This document shows, piece by piece, positions 50,900-61,047 of a DNA stretch of 64,000 nt. A program made the position numbers and the translations under genes. This DNA is from Calditrichia bacterium (lineage in GTDB: Bacteria > Calditrichota > Calditrichia > JAJRVZ01): NCBI GenBank assembly GCA_963796965.1, contig CAWCNS010000005.1:1152001-1216000 (forward strand), written 5' to 3'. Within the stretch, counting starts at the first letter, position 1. Each line of letters starts with the position of its first letter. Under the pieces are notes generated by a model, which saw nothing but the letters and a program-made list of their open reading frames with translations, ran no database searches and was not told where the DNA came from.

Positions 50900-51670
50900 A
50901 TGGCCTATAACAAATTAGATTTTAAAAAACCGGTAATCGGCAGCTGGATCAACTCTGCCAGTCCCGTGGTTGCTGAAATCATGAGCGCCTCAGGATTCGA
51001 TTTTCTTGTGCTTGATGCAGAGCATTCGGCCATTGATGTCCCACAAGCACAGACTCTGTTTCAGGCTATCAAGGCAGGAAATCCTGATTGTTTCCCAATG
51101 GTCAGATTAGCAGGCAACGATTATGCGGAGACAAAACGTTACCTTGATGCCGGGGCCATGGGCATCATCGCCCCTCTGATCAATTCCGCTGAAGAGGCTA
51201 AAGAATTGGTTCGATCGGTAAAATATCCTCCCTTGGGGGAACGGGGTGTTGGATATGGGAGAAGTCATGGTTACGGGTTTGAATTTGATTCATATATGGA
51301 AATTGCCAATGAAAATACCGTGGTCTGTGTACAAATCGAACATATAAAAGCGGTCGAGAAAATCGATGAAATATTTTCTGTTCCCGGTGTAGATGCCGCC
51401 TTTATTGGGCCCTATGATCTATCAGCTTCCATGGGAATTACCGCTCAGTTTGATCATCCCAACTACATTAAAACATGGGAAAAGATATTAGATAAATGTC
51501 AGCAACATGATATAGTCCCGGGCATTCATGTAGTTCAACCTGATTATGAGGAAACTATTAAAAAAATCAACAAAGGATTCAAGATGATTGCCTATAGCTT
51601 GGATATTACAATCATCGGAACCCAATGCCGGTCAGCCTTAAAATCGATCAGAGAGGAATTAATAAAATGA
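50900..51670 (+). CDS. HpcH/HpaI family aldolase
   Basis: GFDFLVLDAEHS, LDAGAMGII, YPPLGERGVG, QIEH, FIGPYDLS. Confidence 0.9.
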   Translation: MAYNKLDFKKPVIGSWINSASPVVAEIMSASGFDFLVLDAEHSAIDVPQAQTLFQAIKAGNPDCFPMVRLAGNDYAETKRYLDAGAMGIIAPLINSAEEAKELVRSVKYPPLGERGVGYGRSHGYGFEFDSYMEIANENTVVCVQIEHIKAVEKIDEIFSVPGVDAAFIGPYDLSASMGITAQFDHPNYIKTWEKILDKCQQHDIVPGIHVVQPDYEETIKKINKGFKMIAYSLDITIIGTQCRSALKSIREELIK

Positions 51671-52350
51671 TACATAATCGTAAAGTCACCGCCTTAATTC
51701 CAATAAAGGAACATAGTGAAAGAGTTAAAAATAAAAATTTCCGTGAATTTAATGGAAAACCGCTCTATCATCACATTCTGGAGTCGTTAGAAAGAACCTA
51801 TGCCGTAGATGAAGTGATCATTAATACGGATAGTTATATAGTTATCAACGAAGCGCCAAAGTTATTTTCAAAGGTTAGGATTCATGAAAGACCAAAAGAA
51901 TTACACGGGGACTTTGTTAGTGTAAATAAAATCATTGAATATGATCTGGACAATTCTGAGAGTGATATCTATGTGCAAACGCATGCTACCAATCCTTTGT
52001 TAAAAGCAGAATCATTGGGGAAGGCACTTAAAAAATTTATCGAAGCGGAAGATAAATATGATTCCCTTTTTTCAGTAAATCGATTTCAGAGCAGATTCTA
52101 CTCGGTTGAAGGAAAAGCCATCAATCATAATCCTGAAGAATTATTGCGGACGCAGGATCTTCCCCCACTTTTTGAAGAGAATTCCAACTTCTACGTTTTC
52201 ACCAAGGAATCGTTTAGCAAGCATGAACGCAGGATTGGACAGACACCCTTAATGTTTGAGATGTCACGAATTGAGGCCATTGATATTGACGATGAATTTA
52301 GTTTTAAATTAGCGGAGATCCTTTCCCTCTATGCCGGTGATAATATTTAA
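51667..52350 (+). CDS. Acylneuraminate/CMP-ulosonate cytidylyltransferase family
   Basis: IPIKEHSERVKNKN, QTHATNPL, EENS, DIDDEFSF. Confidence 0.88.
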   Translation: MIHNRKVTALIPIKEHSERVKNKNFREFNGKPLYHHILESLERTYAVDEVIINTDSYIVINEAPKLFSKVRIHERPKELHGDFVSVNKIIEYDLDNSESDIYVQTHATNPLLKAESLGKALKKFIEAEDKYDSLFSVNRFQSRFYSVEGKAINHNPEELLRTQDLPPLFEENSNFYVFTKESFSKHERRIGQTPLMFEMSRIEAIDIDDEFSFKLAEILSLYAGDNI

Positions 52351-52379
52351 ACATTTCTGAAGGAACAGGAGAAAAAAGA

Positions 52380-53354
52380 ATGCCAGACAGATTTCGTATA
52401 TTTATTGCCACCTTTCCCTTTGGGCAGAGTGGTCACAAGCCCATTGATATATTGGAAAAGACCGGATGGGAGTTAATATATAACCCTCTGGGACGAAGAT
52501 TAAAGGAAAGCGAGATTGGTAATTATATAAAGGATGTGGATGCTGTCATTGCGGGCACCGAGCCCTATCCGGAATCTATTCTTCAAGATTCAAATCTGAA
52601 GGTAATCAGCCGTGTAGGGATTGGATTGGATAATGTACCCCTCGCTTATTGTAATAAGAAGGGAATTACTGTAACCTATACCCCGGATGCCCCATCTCAG
52701 GCGGTAGCCGAGTTGACATTGGCAAACATTATTAACTTATCAAGAGATATTCTTGGCTCCGATCATTCCGTACGTGAGGGGGCATGGAACCGATATATGG
52801 GATTTCTTTTGGAGGAACTAACCATAGGAATTATCGGTATCGGACGGATAGGCAAGCGTGTATGTAAACTCTTAGAGCCATTTAATACACGCATATTAGC
52901 ATGTGACCTCGAGCCTGATCAGGATTTTGGCAACACGTATCATTTGGAATGGGTTGACAAGAAGACTCTCCTTAAAAATTCGGACCTGGTCAGTTTACAT
53001 ATACCCTATAGTAATCAAAATCATCATTTTATTGACCGTACCGCTCTGGGATTAATGAAAACAGAGAGTAAATTGATTAATACATCCAGAGGTGCTGTTG
53101 TTGATGAAGCGGCTCTTTTGGACGCGCTTCTGCAGCACCATATCTCCGGCGCTGCCCTCGATGTCTTTGAGCAGGAACCCTATGAAGGGTCCTTTACCCA
53201 TTTTGATAATGTCATATTGACCGCTCACATGGGTGCATCAGCGAGGAAATCTCGCTTTTTGATGGAACTTGGCGCGGCAGAAGATTGCATCAGGGTATTG
53301 CTCGGAGAAAAACCAGAATGCAATGCCATAAACACCTTGAAAGATAAGCAATAA
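52380..53354 (+). CDS. D-2-hydroxyacid (phosphoglycerate-like) dehydrogenase
   Basis: SRVGIGLDN, GIGRIG, INTSRG, ALDVFEQEP, TAHMG. Confidence 0.9.
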   Translation: MPDRFRIFIATFPFGQSGHKPIDILEKTGWELIYNPLGRRLKESEIGNYIKDVDAVIAGTEPYPESILQDSNLKVISRVGIGLDNVPLAYCNKKGITVTYTPDAPSQAVAELTLANIINLSRDILGSDHSVREGAWNRYMGFLLEELTIGIIGIGRIGKRVCKLLEPFNTRILACDLEPDQDFGNTYHLEWVDKKTLLKNSDLVSLHIPYSNQNHHFIDRTALGLMKTESKLINTSRGAVVDEAALLDALLQHHISGAALDVFEQEPYEGSFTHFDNVILTAHMGASARKSRFLMELGAAEDCIRVLLGEKPECNAINTLKDKQ

Positions 53355-53368
53355 TCAGAGGATTAAAA

Positions 53369-54329
53369 TTGATTAAAAATATAACTAAAGCAATTGAAGA
53401 ATCTGAAAATCTTGGTTTGCACAATGATACGGCAAAAGACATTTTAGATGGGTTTTCGGGAGAAAAACTGGTCGGTCTAATGCAACGGTTACCCGGACTA
53501 TTCGCGCATGATGAAAATGCCTGTTATCTCGAGGTAGGGGTATTTCAGGGACTAACACTCTTATCCATTGCTGCAGCAAATCCCAATTTCAAATGCTATG
53601 GAATTGATAATTTTGCCTTTTTTGACCCGGATGGCCAAAACAAAGGTATAATAGAAAAGAGAATTGCAAAGCTAAATTTATCCAACGCCTTTTTAATTGA
53701 AAAAGATTATGAGGATGCGCTTGAGTCATTATCAATTGAGTTGGGACAAACGAAAATCGGTGTATATTTTATTGATGGACCGCACGATTACAGAAGTCAA
53801 TTAATGTGCCTTGAACTGGCTCTACCCTATTTAACCGATCACGCCGTAATCGTTATTGATGATAGCAACTATAAACATGTACGACAAGCCAATAGAGATT
53901 TTTTAAAAATCCATCCATCATATAAACTTATTTTTGAAGCCTATACGCATATGTCATCCAATTAATATGACATCAGAAGAAAAGAAAAATGCCCAGCAAG
54001 GCTGGTGGAATGGTGTCAATGTAATTGTCCATGATCCCCAATCAGAATTAGAGCCCATGTTTCCACCTACTGAAAGGAGCAGATCATTATTCGAAAATGA
54101 TCATTTAATTCATGCCCATGCATTAGCCGAATTTGGTATAAATGGAATTTCGGTTCTTGAGTCTTTTTCAAATTTCAAACTTTTCAAAGCCATGAAATCT
54201 CTATTGAGTAATATGTACAAAATTCGCAGGTCAGAAATAAAATACTTAAAGCGATTTGTGCGGGGCAATACCCATAGTGAGAATTTATCCGGTTTCAATA
54301 TAAATCGATCTGTCAAAAATCACAATTAA
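53369..54329 (+). CDS. Class I SAM-dependent methyltransferase (Methyltransf_24-like); frameshift ~53950
   Basis: YLEVGVFQG, FIDGPHDY, IVIDD. Confidence 0.8.
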
Positions 54330-54382
54330 ACCGTGCGTTAAATCAACTATTTTTTTATCCTTCAAAGGTGGTCTATATTTAA

Positions 54383-55861
54383 ATGGCTGTAAAATCCCTA
54401 AATAAATACACGGCTTATATTCGGCAAAGAACCTGGGACTCTCCTACAGTGACAACATGGGGAAGTTTTGTTGCCCGAATACTTAGTTTGTTACTTGTAT
54501 TACCACTTGTATTAAACAAATTTGATACTGCTGAGATTGCCCTGTGGTATCTTTTTACAACAATTATAACCCTGCAACCACTTGCTGATATGGGATTCGG
54601 TGTCACATTTGTCCGTGTAATCGCATTTGCCATGGGGGGAGCAGAAAAATTAGACGACCTGCGTTTAATAAAGAACGAAAATGGTATCAAAAAGGAAGCA
54701 AACTGGACGGTAATAGAAAAAATTGTCAGCACAATGTACACTATTTACGCTTACCTAACCCCTATAGTATTCCTTGTTCTGGCAGTTGGTGGTTCATTGG
54801 CATTAATCAAACCAATATCCTATATAGAAGATGCTCAATCTGGCTGGATCAGTTGGATTGTTATATTGATAACAACAACCCTGATTTTCCGCGGTACAAT
54901 TTACACCAACTATTTGCAGGGAATTAATAAAATTGCACTCTTACGAAGATGGCAGGCAATCTTTGCACTCGGTGCAATTCTTACCAGTTTTATTGTTTTA
55001 ATTCTCGATGGAAACATCCTGGCCTTGGTAATTGCCAATCAATCCTGGTCATTAATCAACGTAATTCGTAACTATTATTTTAGCCGCAACGTTGAGTCAG
55101 GAAAATTCCGGGAATTTAAGAAGAAAGGGCGGGACAAGGAGATATATGATGCAGTCTGGCCAAGTGCCTGGCGGAGTGGGATTGGCTTGATTTTATACTC
55201 TCTGGTCGTCCAGGCCAGTGGACTAATTTATGCCCAGGTCGGTAGTGTTACTAATATTGCATCCTATTTGCTCGGACTTAAAGTTCTTAACAGTATTCGC
55301 AGTTTTTCACAGGCACCATTTTATAGTAAGATACCCCTGTTATCGCGATTACGTGCAGAAGGTAACCTTGAGAAACAAATAAGTCTGGCTCAAAGGGGAA
55401 TGGGATTATCCTATTGGATATTTGTTCTATGTTTCATTTCTGTTGGCATACTTGCCAAACCCTTATTAGCCATGATTGGATCCAACGCGGAATTTGTTAA
55501 TCCACTTTTATGGACCTTTATGGGCTTAGGTTATTTTTTCGAAAGATATGGCGCCATGCACCTTCAGTTATATAGCACAACGAACCATATTATCTGGCAT
55601 ATCGCCAACGGTGTTTCAGGTATTATTTATCTGGTTTCAAGTCTTATACTTTTGAATTATATTGATGTATATGCCTTCCCTATTGGAATAATACTTGCTC
55701 AATTGGGATTTTACACGTGGTATTCAGCAAAACATTCATATCGAACCTTTAATTTGAATTTCTGGGATTTTGAGAAAAAGTCTGTGATAATTCCCCTGGT
55801 TCTTATTCTGATATTTACCATATCAGCCATTGTATTGAGTGATTTTCAATTAATTAAATAA
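54383..55861 (+). CDS. Polysaccharide flippase (Wzx/MOP-like)
   Basis: About 12 TM helices, LADMGFG motif, located in a glycan locus. Confidence 0.75.
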   Translation: MAVKSLNKYTAYIRQRTWDSPTVTTWGSFVARILSLLLVLPLVLNKFDTAEIALWYLFTTIITLQPLADMGFGVTFVRVIAFAMGGAEKLDDLRLIKNENGIKKEANWTVIEKIVSTMYTIYAYLTPIVFLVLAVGGSLALIKPISYIEDAQSGWISWIVILITTTLIFRGTIYTNYLQGINKIALLRRWQAIFALGAILTSFIVLILDGNILALVIANQSWSLINVIRNYYFSRNVESGKFREFKKKGRDKEIYDAVWPSAWRSGIGLILYSLVVQASGLIYAQVGSVTNIASYLLGLKVLNSIRSFSQAPFYSKIPLLSRLRAEGNLEKQISLAQRGMGLSYWIFVLCFISVGILAKPLLAMIGSNAEFVNPLLWTFMGLGYFFERYGAMHLQLYSTTNHIIWHIANGVSGIIYLVSSLILLNYIDVYAFPIGIILAQLGFYTWYSAKHSYRTFNLNFWDFEKKSVIIPLVLILIFTISAIVLSDFQLIK

Positions 55862-55874
55862 GAGAATAACAAAA

Positions 55875-56663
55875 ATGAGCATCAAACGCAGCGCAGCGAT
55901 AATTAGAAAAATACTCAAAAAATCCGAGCATCTGAAATGGTCCCTTACAGCAGAAGGAAGAGAAAATTATCAACGTCTGGCATCATTTCGTGAAAAATAT
56001 TCGGGAAAACGATGTTTTATAATGGGTAACGGTCCCAGTCTGGTGAAGAGTGATCTAACAAAATTAAAAAATGAGATTACCATTGGTAGCAACGGCATAT
56101 TTTTGATATTTGATAAAATGGGGTTTAAACCCACTTTTCTGACTGTTGAAGACGGTCTCGTCGCCGAAGACAGGGCCGGTGAATTAAATAATCTCTCCGG
56201 CCCCCAAAAAGTATTTCCATGGGATCTGTCACAATGGTTAAAACAAGATGATCATACTACTTACTTAAACTTTATCAGGGGTTTTAAGAACAAACCAAAA
56301 TTTACCCCCAATCTCGCAAAAAAAGCATACTGGGGTGGTACAGTCAGTTATCTTAATTTGCAATTAGCCTATTACATTGGATGTGCTGAAATTTATCTAA
56401 TTGGATTTGATCATAACTATAAAGTAAAAGATAAGATTGAAAACAATGTAATTGTATCGCAACGCTCGGATGAAAATCATTTTCATCCTAATTATTTCGG
56501 CCCCGGATATCGCTGGCATGATCCAATGGTATGGCGGATGGAATTAGCCTACACTGTTGCACGAAATTTTCTCCAGGAAAAGGAAGTAAAAATATATAAT
56601 GCAACGGTTGGCGGAAATTTGGAGGTGTTCGAAAGACGCAATTTTGAATCGCTATTTAAGTAA
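55875..56663 (+). CDS. DUF115/MptE-like (Maf/sialyltransferase-fold) protein
   Basis: RCFIMGNGPSL, QLAYYIG..IYLIGFDHNY, NHFHPNY, NATVGG.LEVF. Confidence 0.82.
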   Translation: MSIKRSAAIIRKILKKSEHLKWSLTAEGRENYQRLASFREKYSGKRCFIMGNGPSLVKSDLTKLKNEITIGSNGIFLIFDKMGFKPTFLTVEDGLVAEDRAGELNNLSGPQKVFPWDLSQWLKQDDHTTYLNFIRGFKNKPKFTPNLAKKAYWGGTVSYLNLQLAYYIGCAEIYLIGFDHNYKVKDKIENNVIVSQRSDENHFHPNYFGPGYRWHDPMVWRMELAYTVARNFLQEKEVKIYNATVGGNLEVFERRNFESLFK

Positions 56664-56867
56664 TTAGCCGGTTAACTTTGTGAATTTCTGAGGCAGAGAG
56701 GCAATGGATTATAAGAAAAACATCCCTTTAACCCCCTTTCTAAGGGGGAATTAAATTTTGCTTTACAATAAATAAGGGTTTTTAAGGTCAATTATTTAAC
56801 ATTAATGATCGAACTATATGTCCCTATTTTATCGGGATATGAAAAAATGAAAAATAGGATTAAAAGA

Positions 56868-56995
56868 TAAACCACAGAGACCACTGAGGGGAGATGATAA
56901 GAAATAGCATTAACATAAATAATATTAATAATCCACTCTGTGTCCTCTGCCTGCCCCGTAAAGTCTGACGGAGTCAGATTAGTACGGGGTGGTTA
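56868..56995. repeat. Inverted AACCACAGAG/CTCTGTGGTT element with a 40-bp hairpin inserted in its right arm
   Basis: Right arm reads ctctgtgtcctctg|cctgccccgtaaagtctgacggagtcagattagtacgggg|tggtta. Confidence 0.75.
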
Positions 56996-57037
56996 TTTTT
57001 TACACAACCCAGATGAACTAAAGGAGTAAATAATGAA

Positions 57038-58000
57038 ATGAAGGATAATATGAAAAAAATTGGAATTATAGGATGTGGCACGGTCGTACAAAAAAATTAT
57101 ATCCGCCTATTTCCAAAATTAAGCGGCATTGACATCCAATTTGTGAATGATGTGAATGAAAAGAATGCGAAAATTGTGGCAAACCTCTTAAATGCCAGGG
57201 TTGGTTCGGTTAGTGAGGTGTTGGAGAACTCTGATTATGTTTTAATTGCCACGCCACCCCGGTTTCACGCTGAGTTTGTTGAACAGGCCATCAGTTACGG
57301 CGTGGATATAATATGCGAAAAACCATTTGTAACAAAAAAAACTGATGCAGAAGAATTGGTAAAAAAGGCAGAGAAAAAAAATGTAAACCTATATGTCGCT
57401 CATTTCAGACGCGGCTACCCTTCTGCACAATTAGCACGGCACTTGATTAGTACTGGGATCATTGGCCGAGTAACCGAGCTCTTAATCGTAGAAGGCGGAC
57501 GATTTAATTGGCAAACAAAATCTGATTATGTGCGTCAGGATGCCTATGGTGGCGTTCTTTTCGACACCGGTTCCCATACCATTGATTTAGCATTATATTC
57601 CAGTGGACTCGATCTGGATGATTTCCAGGTTCAGATTTCCGGTGTTTCTAAAGACAATCCTGAACCTTCGCATGAAGTTAAAGCACATTTTTCCTTAGAA
57701 AATGAAACTGAAAGGATTAACGGTCAATTATTTCTTAGTCGTCGTCAGATCCTGGCCAATAAAATCACCATATCCGGGGATAAAGGAAAGATTGAACTGT
57801 CTGCTGCTTATCAGACGAAAGTGCGTCTTAGCGGGGAAAATGGTTCGACTCTGATATATGCTGAAAAGGAATACAGGGACGGCGCAGATTGTATGGCTAT
57901 GCTCTATCACCAAATCTTTAATAATGGAGACGACGATATCTATAAAGCTAACAGAGCAATCACACTCACCTCAATAATGGAAGAAGTACAAAAAAAATAG
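57038..58000 (+). CDS. Gfo/Idh/MocA oxidoreductase
   Basis: GIIGCG, IATPP..H, ICEKP, GGVLFDTGSHTID. Confidence 0.88.
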   Translation: MKDNMKKIGIIGCGTVVQKNYIRLFPKLSGIDIQFVNDVNEKNAKIVANLLNARVGSVSEVLENSDYVLIATPPRFHAEFVEQAISYGVDIICEKPFVTKKTDAEELVKKAEKKNVNLYVAHFRRGYPSAQLARHLISTGIIGRVTELLIVEGGRFNWQTKSDYVRQDAYGGVLFDTGSHTIDLALYSSGLDLDDFQVQISGVSKDNPEPSHEVKAHFSLENETERINGQLFLSRRQILANKITISGDKGKIELSAAYQTKVRLSGENGSTLIYAEKEYRDGADCMAMLYHQIFNNGDDDIYKANRAITLTSIMEEVQKK

Positions 58001-58012
58001 GATAAAAGTATA

Positions 58013-59104
58013 ATGGCACGAATTTTAATAATCGGTGCAGCAGGCTATGTGGGACAGGAGATATTAAAGAGTCTCCTGGAAGAGAATCACCATATTTCAG
58101 CTATTACCAATGCAAATGGTCAAATTCTTCTGGATAAATATGAAATAGATCTTTATGATTCCGGGAATTTCCGTGAAATAAAAGATATAGATATCATCAT
58201 AAATTTGGCCTATCCCAAAGGTGTATCCCCAAAGATTGAGATGAAAAAAAACAATGAACTTTTCGAAATGATATCTCATACCATTGGCGATAATACAAGG
58301 ATCATTCATGTCAGCACACAGGCCGTGTTTGGATATGAGCTGGAGGTCTCACCCCAACCAGCCCTTGTTAAATCACGGCTAGATCACGGCTATGTAACCT
58401 CAAAAATATATTTGGAAAATAAATTGATTGATGCTCTAAAGAAGAAGGAATTACATATCGTACGTCTTGGCAATGTTTGGGGCCCTGCTTCGCCCCTGTG
58501 GACGTTTAACTTAGTAAATAGAGTACTTCTTGGAGATGTGGTTGGCGTGAAAGGAATAGATGGCTATTGCAATTTGACAGATGTGGCCAATGTCGCTTCT
58601 TATATTCGTTACCTGATCAGCTATGATACTTCTAAGAAACTTACTTTTCATCATTTGGCCGAGTTTAGCGATATAAAATGGTCACACTGGTTGGAATTGA
58701 TTGGTAATAAATTACAATTGGATCCATTTTACATTGACTATGCACCTCCTCCAAGCAAATCAATTGGGAAAGAAGTCCTGTCAGCCATATCGGCCGCTTC
58801 ACCAATGGCTATCGGAAAAACACTCGTCAGGAGCCACTATTCAGGATCATTTATCAGAGGCGTATTAGCTCGCTCACCTGGCGGATTGGTTGACTATCTG
58901 GAAAAAATGAGTATCAAAATGAATTTTTTCCCAAATTATTACAATGTCGGCTTGATTGATACATTTCTAAAGTTGATGAGTTGTACAAAGCAGTTTGAAT
59001 CTGTCACGGTAGGTAATTGGGTGCCGGAAATAGATAAAGATTTATCCTGGTCACGTGTAGAAAAATGGATCGATCATGCCGGATATATGGGGGTAAAATT
59101 ATAA
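58013..59104 (+). CDS. NAD-dependent epimerase/dehydratase
   Basis: GAAGYVG, HVST, YxxxK (YVTSK), RLGNVWGP. Confidence 0.85.
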   Translation: MARILIIGAAGYVGQEILKSLLEENHHISAITNANGQILLDKYEIDLYDSGNFREIKDIDIIINLAYPKGVSPKIEMKKNNELFEMISHTIGDNTRIIHVSTQAVFGYELEVSPQPALVKSRLDHGYVTSKIYLENKLIDALKKKELHIVRLGNVWGPASPLWTFNLVNRVLLGDVVGVKGIDGYCNLTDVANVASYIRYLISYDTSKKLTFHHLAEFSDIKWSHWLELIGNKLQLDPFYIDYAPPPSKSIGKEVLSAISAASPMAIGKTLVRSHYSGSFIRGVLARSPGGLVDYLEKMSIKMNFFPNYYNVGLIDTFLKLMSCTKQFESVTVGNWVPEIDKDLSWSRVEKWIDHAGYMGVKL

Positions 59105-59109
59105 GAATT

Positions 59110-60030
59110 TTACTTCTCTATTATTTTTTTCTTTCTATGGAATAAATACAATCCTGCAATAAGTCCCCGGGAGCGGGTTACAGATTGCATATTGATAAGT
59201 GCTTCTAAAATCAAACCAATACAGGAAAGAAAATGCGGTAATGGTTTAAATCCATAAGCCTCCTTATGTTTTCGATAGAGATAGCGATGATTAAACGAGC
59301 GAATGCGTCCCCTTTTGTATATGGAGAGTCTTGTCCCGGGTGCCGTTGCACGGTTATGAAAGGCTTTTGCTGCAGTAGAATAGAGAATTCTATATTTGCG
59401 TCGTAGCTGTAAGGAAAAATCTTCATCTTCTAATGAGGCATATCCCTCCAGATATTGAAAATTCGTATCGAACTTGTAATCCTTGAATATATCACGATGA
59501 TAGAGAGAGGAACAGCCAATCGCCACACCAACTTCCACGGGACCCGTTAAACTGGGATGATTTACATTATAATCTCCCGACTTTTTAAATCCGGCAATAC
59601 ACGACTCCGACAAATAAAACAACCTCTGAAATAAGACCAATAACGGATTGACTTTTACCTTTCGACCATGATTAATAATTCCGCCTGTAAAAACGTGATA
59701 GCCTTTATTTTCTTCTAGCACCTTAAATGCCGTCTCAATATAATCCGGTTCTAAAACTACATCATCATCTAAAAACAGGATCCACTCAGATTTACTATAC
59801 TCCAGGCCCAGGTTTCTTTGATAGGGAAGGCCCTTTTCGGAAGGAATATACTTGATATTAATACCTAAATCTTTTTCCTGTAGAATAACCTCGAGATCAT
59901 TCGTCTCGCTGGCATCGACAATAATAATCATATTGGGTTTAATTGTCTGCTTCGCAATACTGTAAAGGCAATCGAGGATACCTTCCACCCTGTTTATCGT
60001 GGGAATTAATATATCGAGTGTATTATTCAT
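59110..60030 (-). CDS. Glycosyltransferase family 2
   Basis: ILIPTINR, IVDAS, QRNLG, FLDDD, EDEDFS. Confidence 0.88.
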   Translation of the reverse strand: MNNTLDILIPTINRVEGILDCLYSIAKQTIKPNMIIIVDASETNDLEVILQEKDLGINIKYIPSEKGLPYQRNLGLEYSKSEWILFLDDDVVLEPDYIETAFKVLEENKGYHVFTGGIINHGRKVKVNPLLVLFQRLFYLSESCIAGFKKSGDYNVNHPSLTGPVEVGVAIGCSSLYHRDIFKDYKFDTNFQYLEGYASLEDEDFSLQLRRKYRILYSTAAKAFHNRATAPGTRLSIYKRGRIRSFNHRYLYRKHKEAYGFKPLPHFLSCIGLILEALINMQSVTRSRGLIAGLYLFHRKKKIIEK

Positions 60031-60080
60031 TTTTCTCTTTAGTTATAAATATGAAAAGATTAAACTCCATCAGAAAAGTC

Positions 60081-61004
60081 TCATTTCTCAATAGGTGAAT
60101 CACCGTGTTTATAAGCAGGATGGGAATAGTCAGACAAATCAATTGGGAGAATTGGAACTTCCATTTTTAAATTATTTAAATCATTCATTGCTTTTTTATC
60201 AGAACTCGTAAAAAAGACCCTTTTGTTAGGGAATAAATCATTATACTTACGATCAGGTTTGACACTTCCCGGACATATCATCTCAAAAGTAATTAGATTT
60301 AACCCAAATTTATCTAAAATATGAGATAAGGATCGTTCGGACCAATAGGCGACATGATTTCTCAGGCTCATATACCCGATAGTTTGACCATCTTCAATAC
60401 GACCACCTGGGAATAAGTTCGTCGTGCCACAAAATATCCCATTGGTACCCAAACTATTCACTATGTCCTTAATAGACTCCATGGGACGATTAAAATGTTC
60501 AATCACCTCACAAGCAACAATAACATCATATTTTTTATTTGTTTCCATAAGTTTATGAACGTGAAAAAAACGCTCCTTGCCATATTCTTTCTGTCTATAT
60601 TCTATTACAGATTCCGACACATCACAACCATACACATCAAAACCTTCTGAAAGTAAGACTGGAAAAGCGAGAGTACTTCCAACACCATACAAAAGGAAAG
60701 ATTCTTTGTGCAACTCTCTATATAAAAAACGAACCAAATAGTCTTCTCGCTCTCCTCCAGAATCCGCTGATCCCCATGAGCCACTCATGCCGGCTCCTAT
60801 ATTAGCAACAAACGCTGGAAAATCACCCGTATAAATAAAACCACATGAACCACACTCTACAAAGTGTCTCTTATATGCAATTCTTTTTTTAACCTCCCCT
60901 AAACAAATACGACATTTTGGCTTTACTATTGAGGTACGATACTCCCACATCCACTTTTGTAAACGCATTAAAACACTTTTTATAATTTTAGTTAAATAAT
61001 TCAT
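60081..61004 (-). CDS. SAM-dependent methyltransferase with an N-terminal Zn ribbon
   Basis: CRIC..CGSCG, LLYGVGS, YDVIVACEVIEH. Confidence 0.8.
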   Translation of the reverse strand: MNYLTKIIKSVLMRLQKWMWEYRTSIVKPKCRICLGEVKKRIAYKRHFVECGSCGFIYTGDFPAFVANIGAGMSGSWGSADSGGEREDYLVRFLYRELHKESFLLYGVGSTLAFPVLLSEGFDVYGCDVSESVIEYRQKEYGKERFFHVHKLMETNKKYDVIVACEVIEHFNRPMESIKDIVNSLGTNGIFCGTTNLFPGGRIEDGQTIGYMSLRNHVAYWSERSLSHILDKFGLNLITFEMICPGSVKPDRKYNDLFPNKRVFFTSSDKKAMNDLNNLKMEVPILPIDLSDYSHPAYKHGDSPIEK

Positions 61005-61047
61005 AGACAGATAAGGAATTCGTTTAGAAATAGTTTTAGTTAACAGG

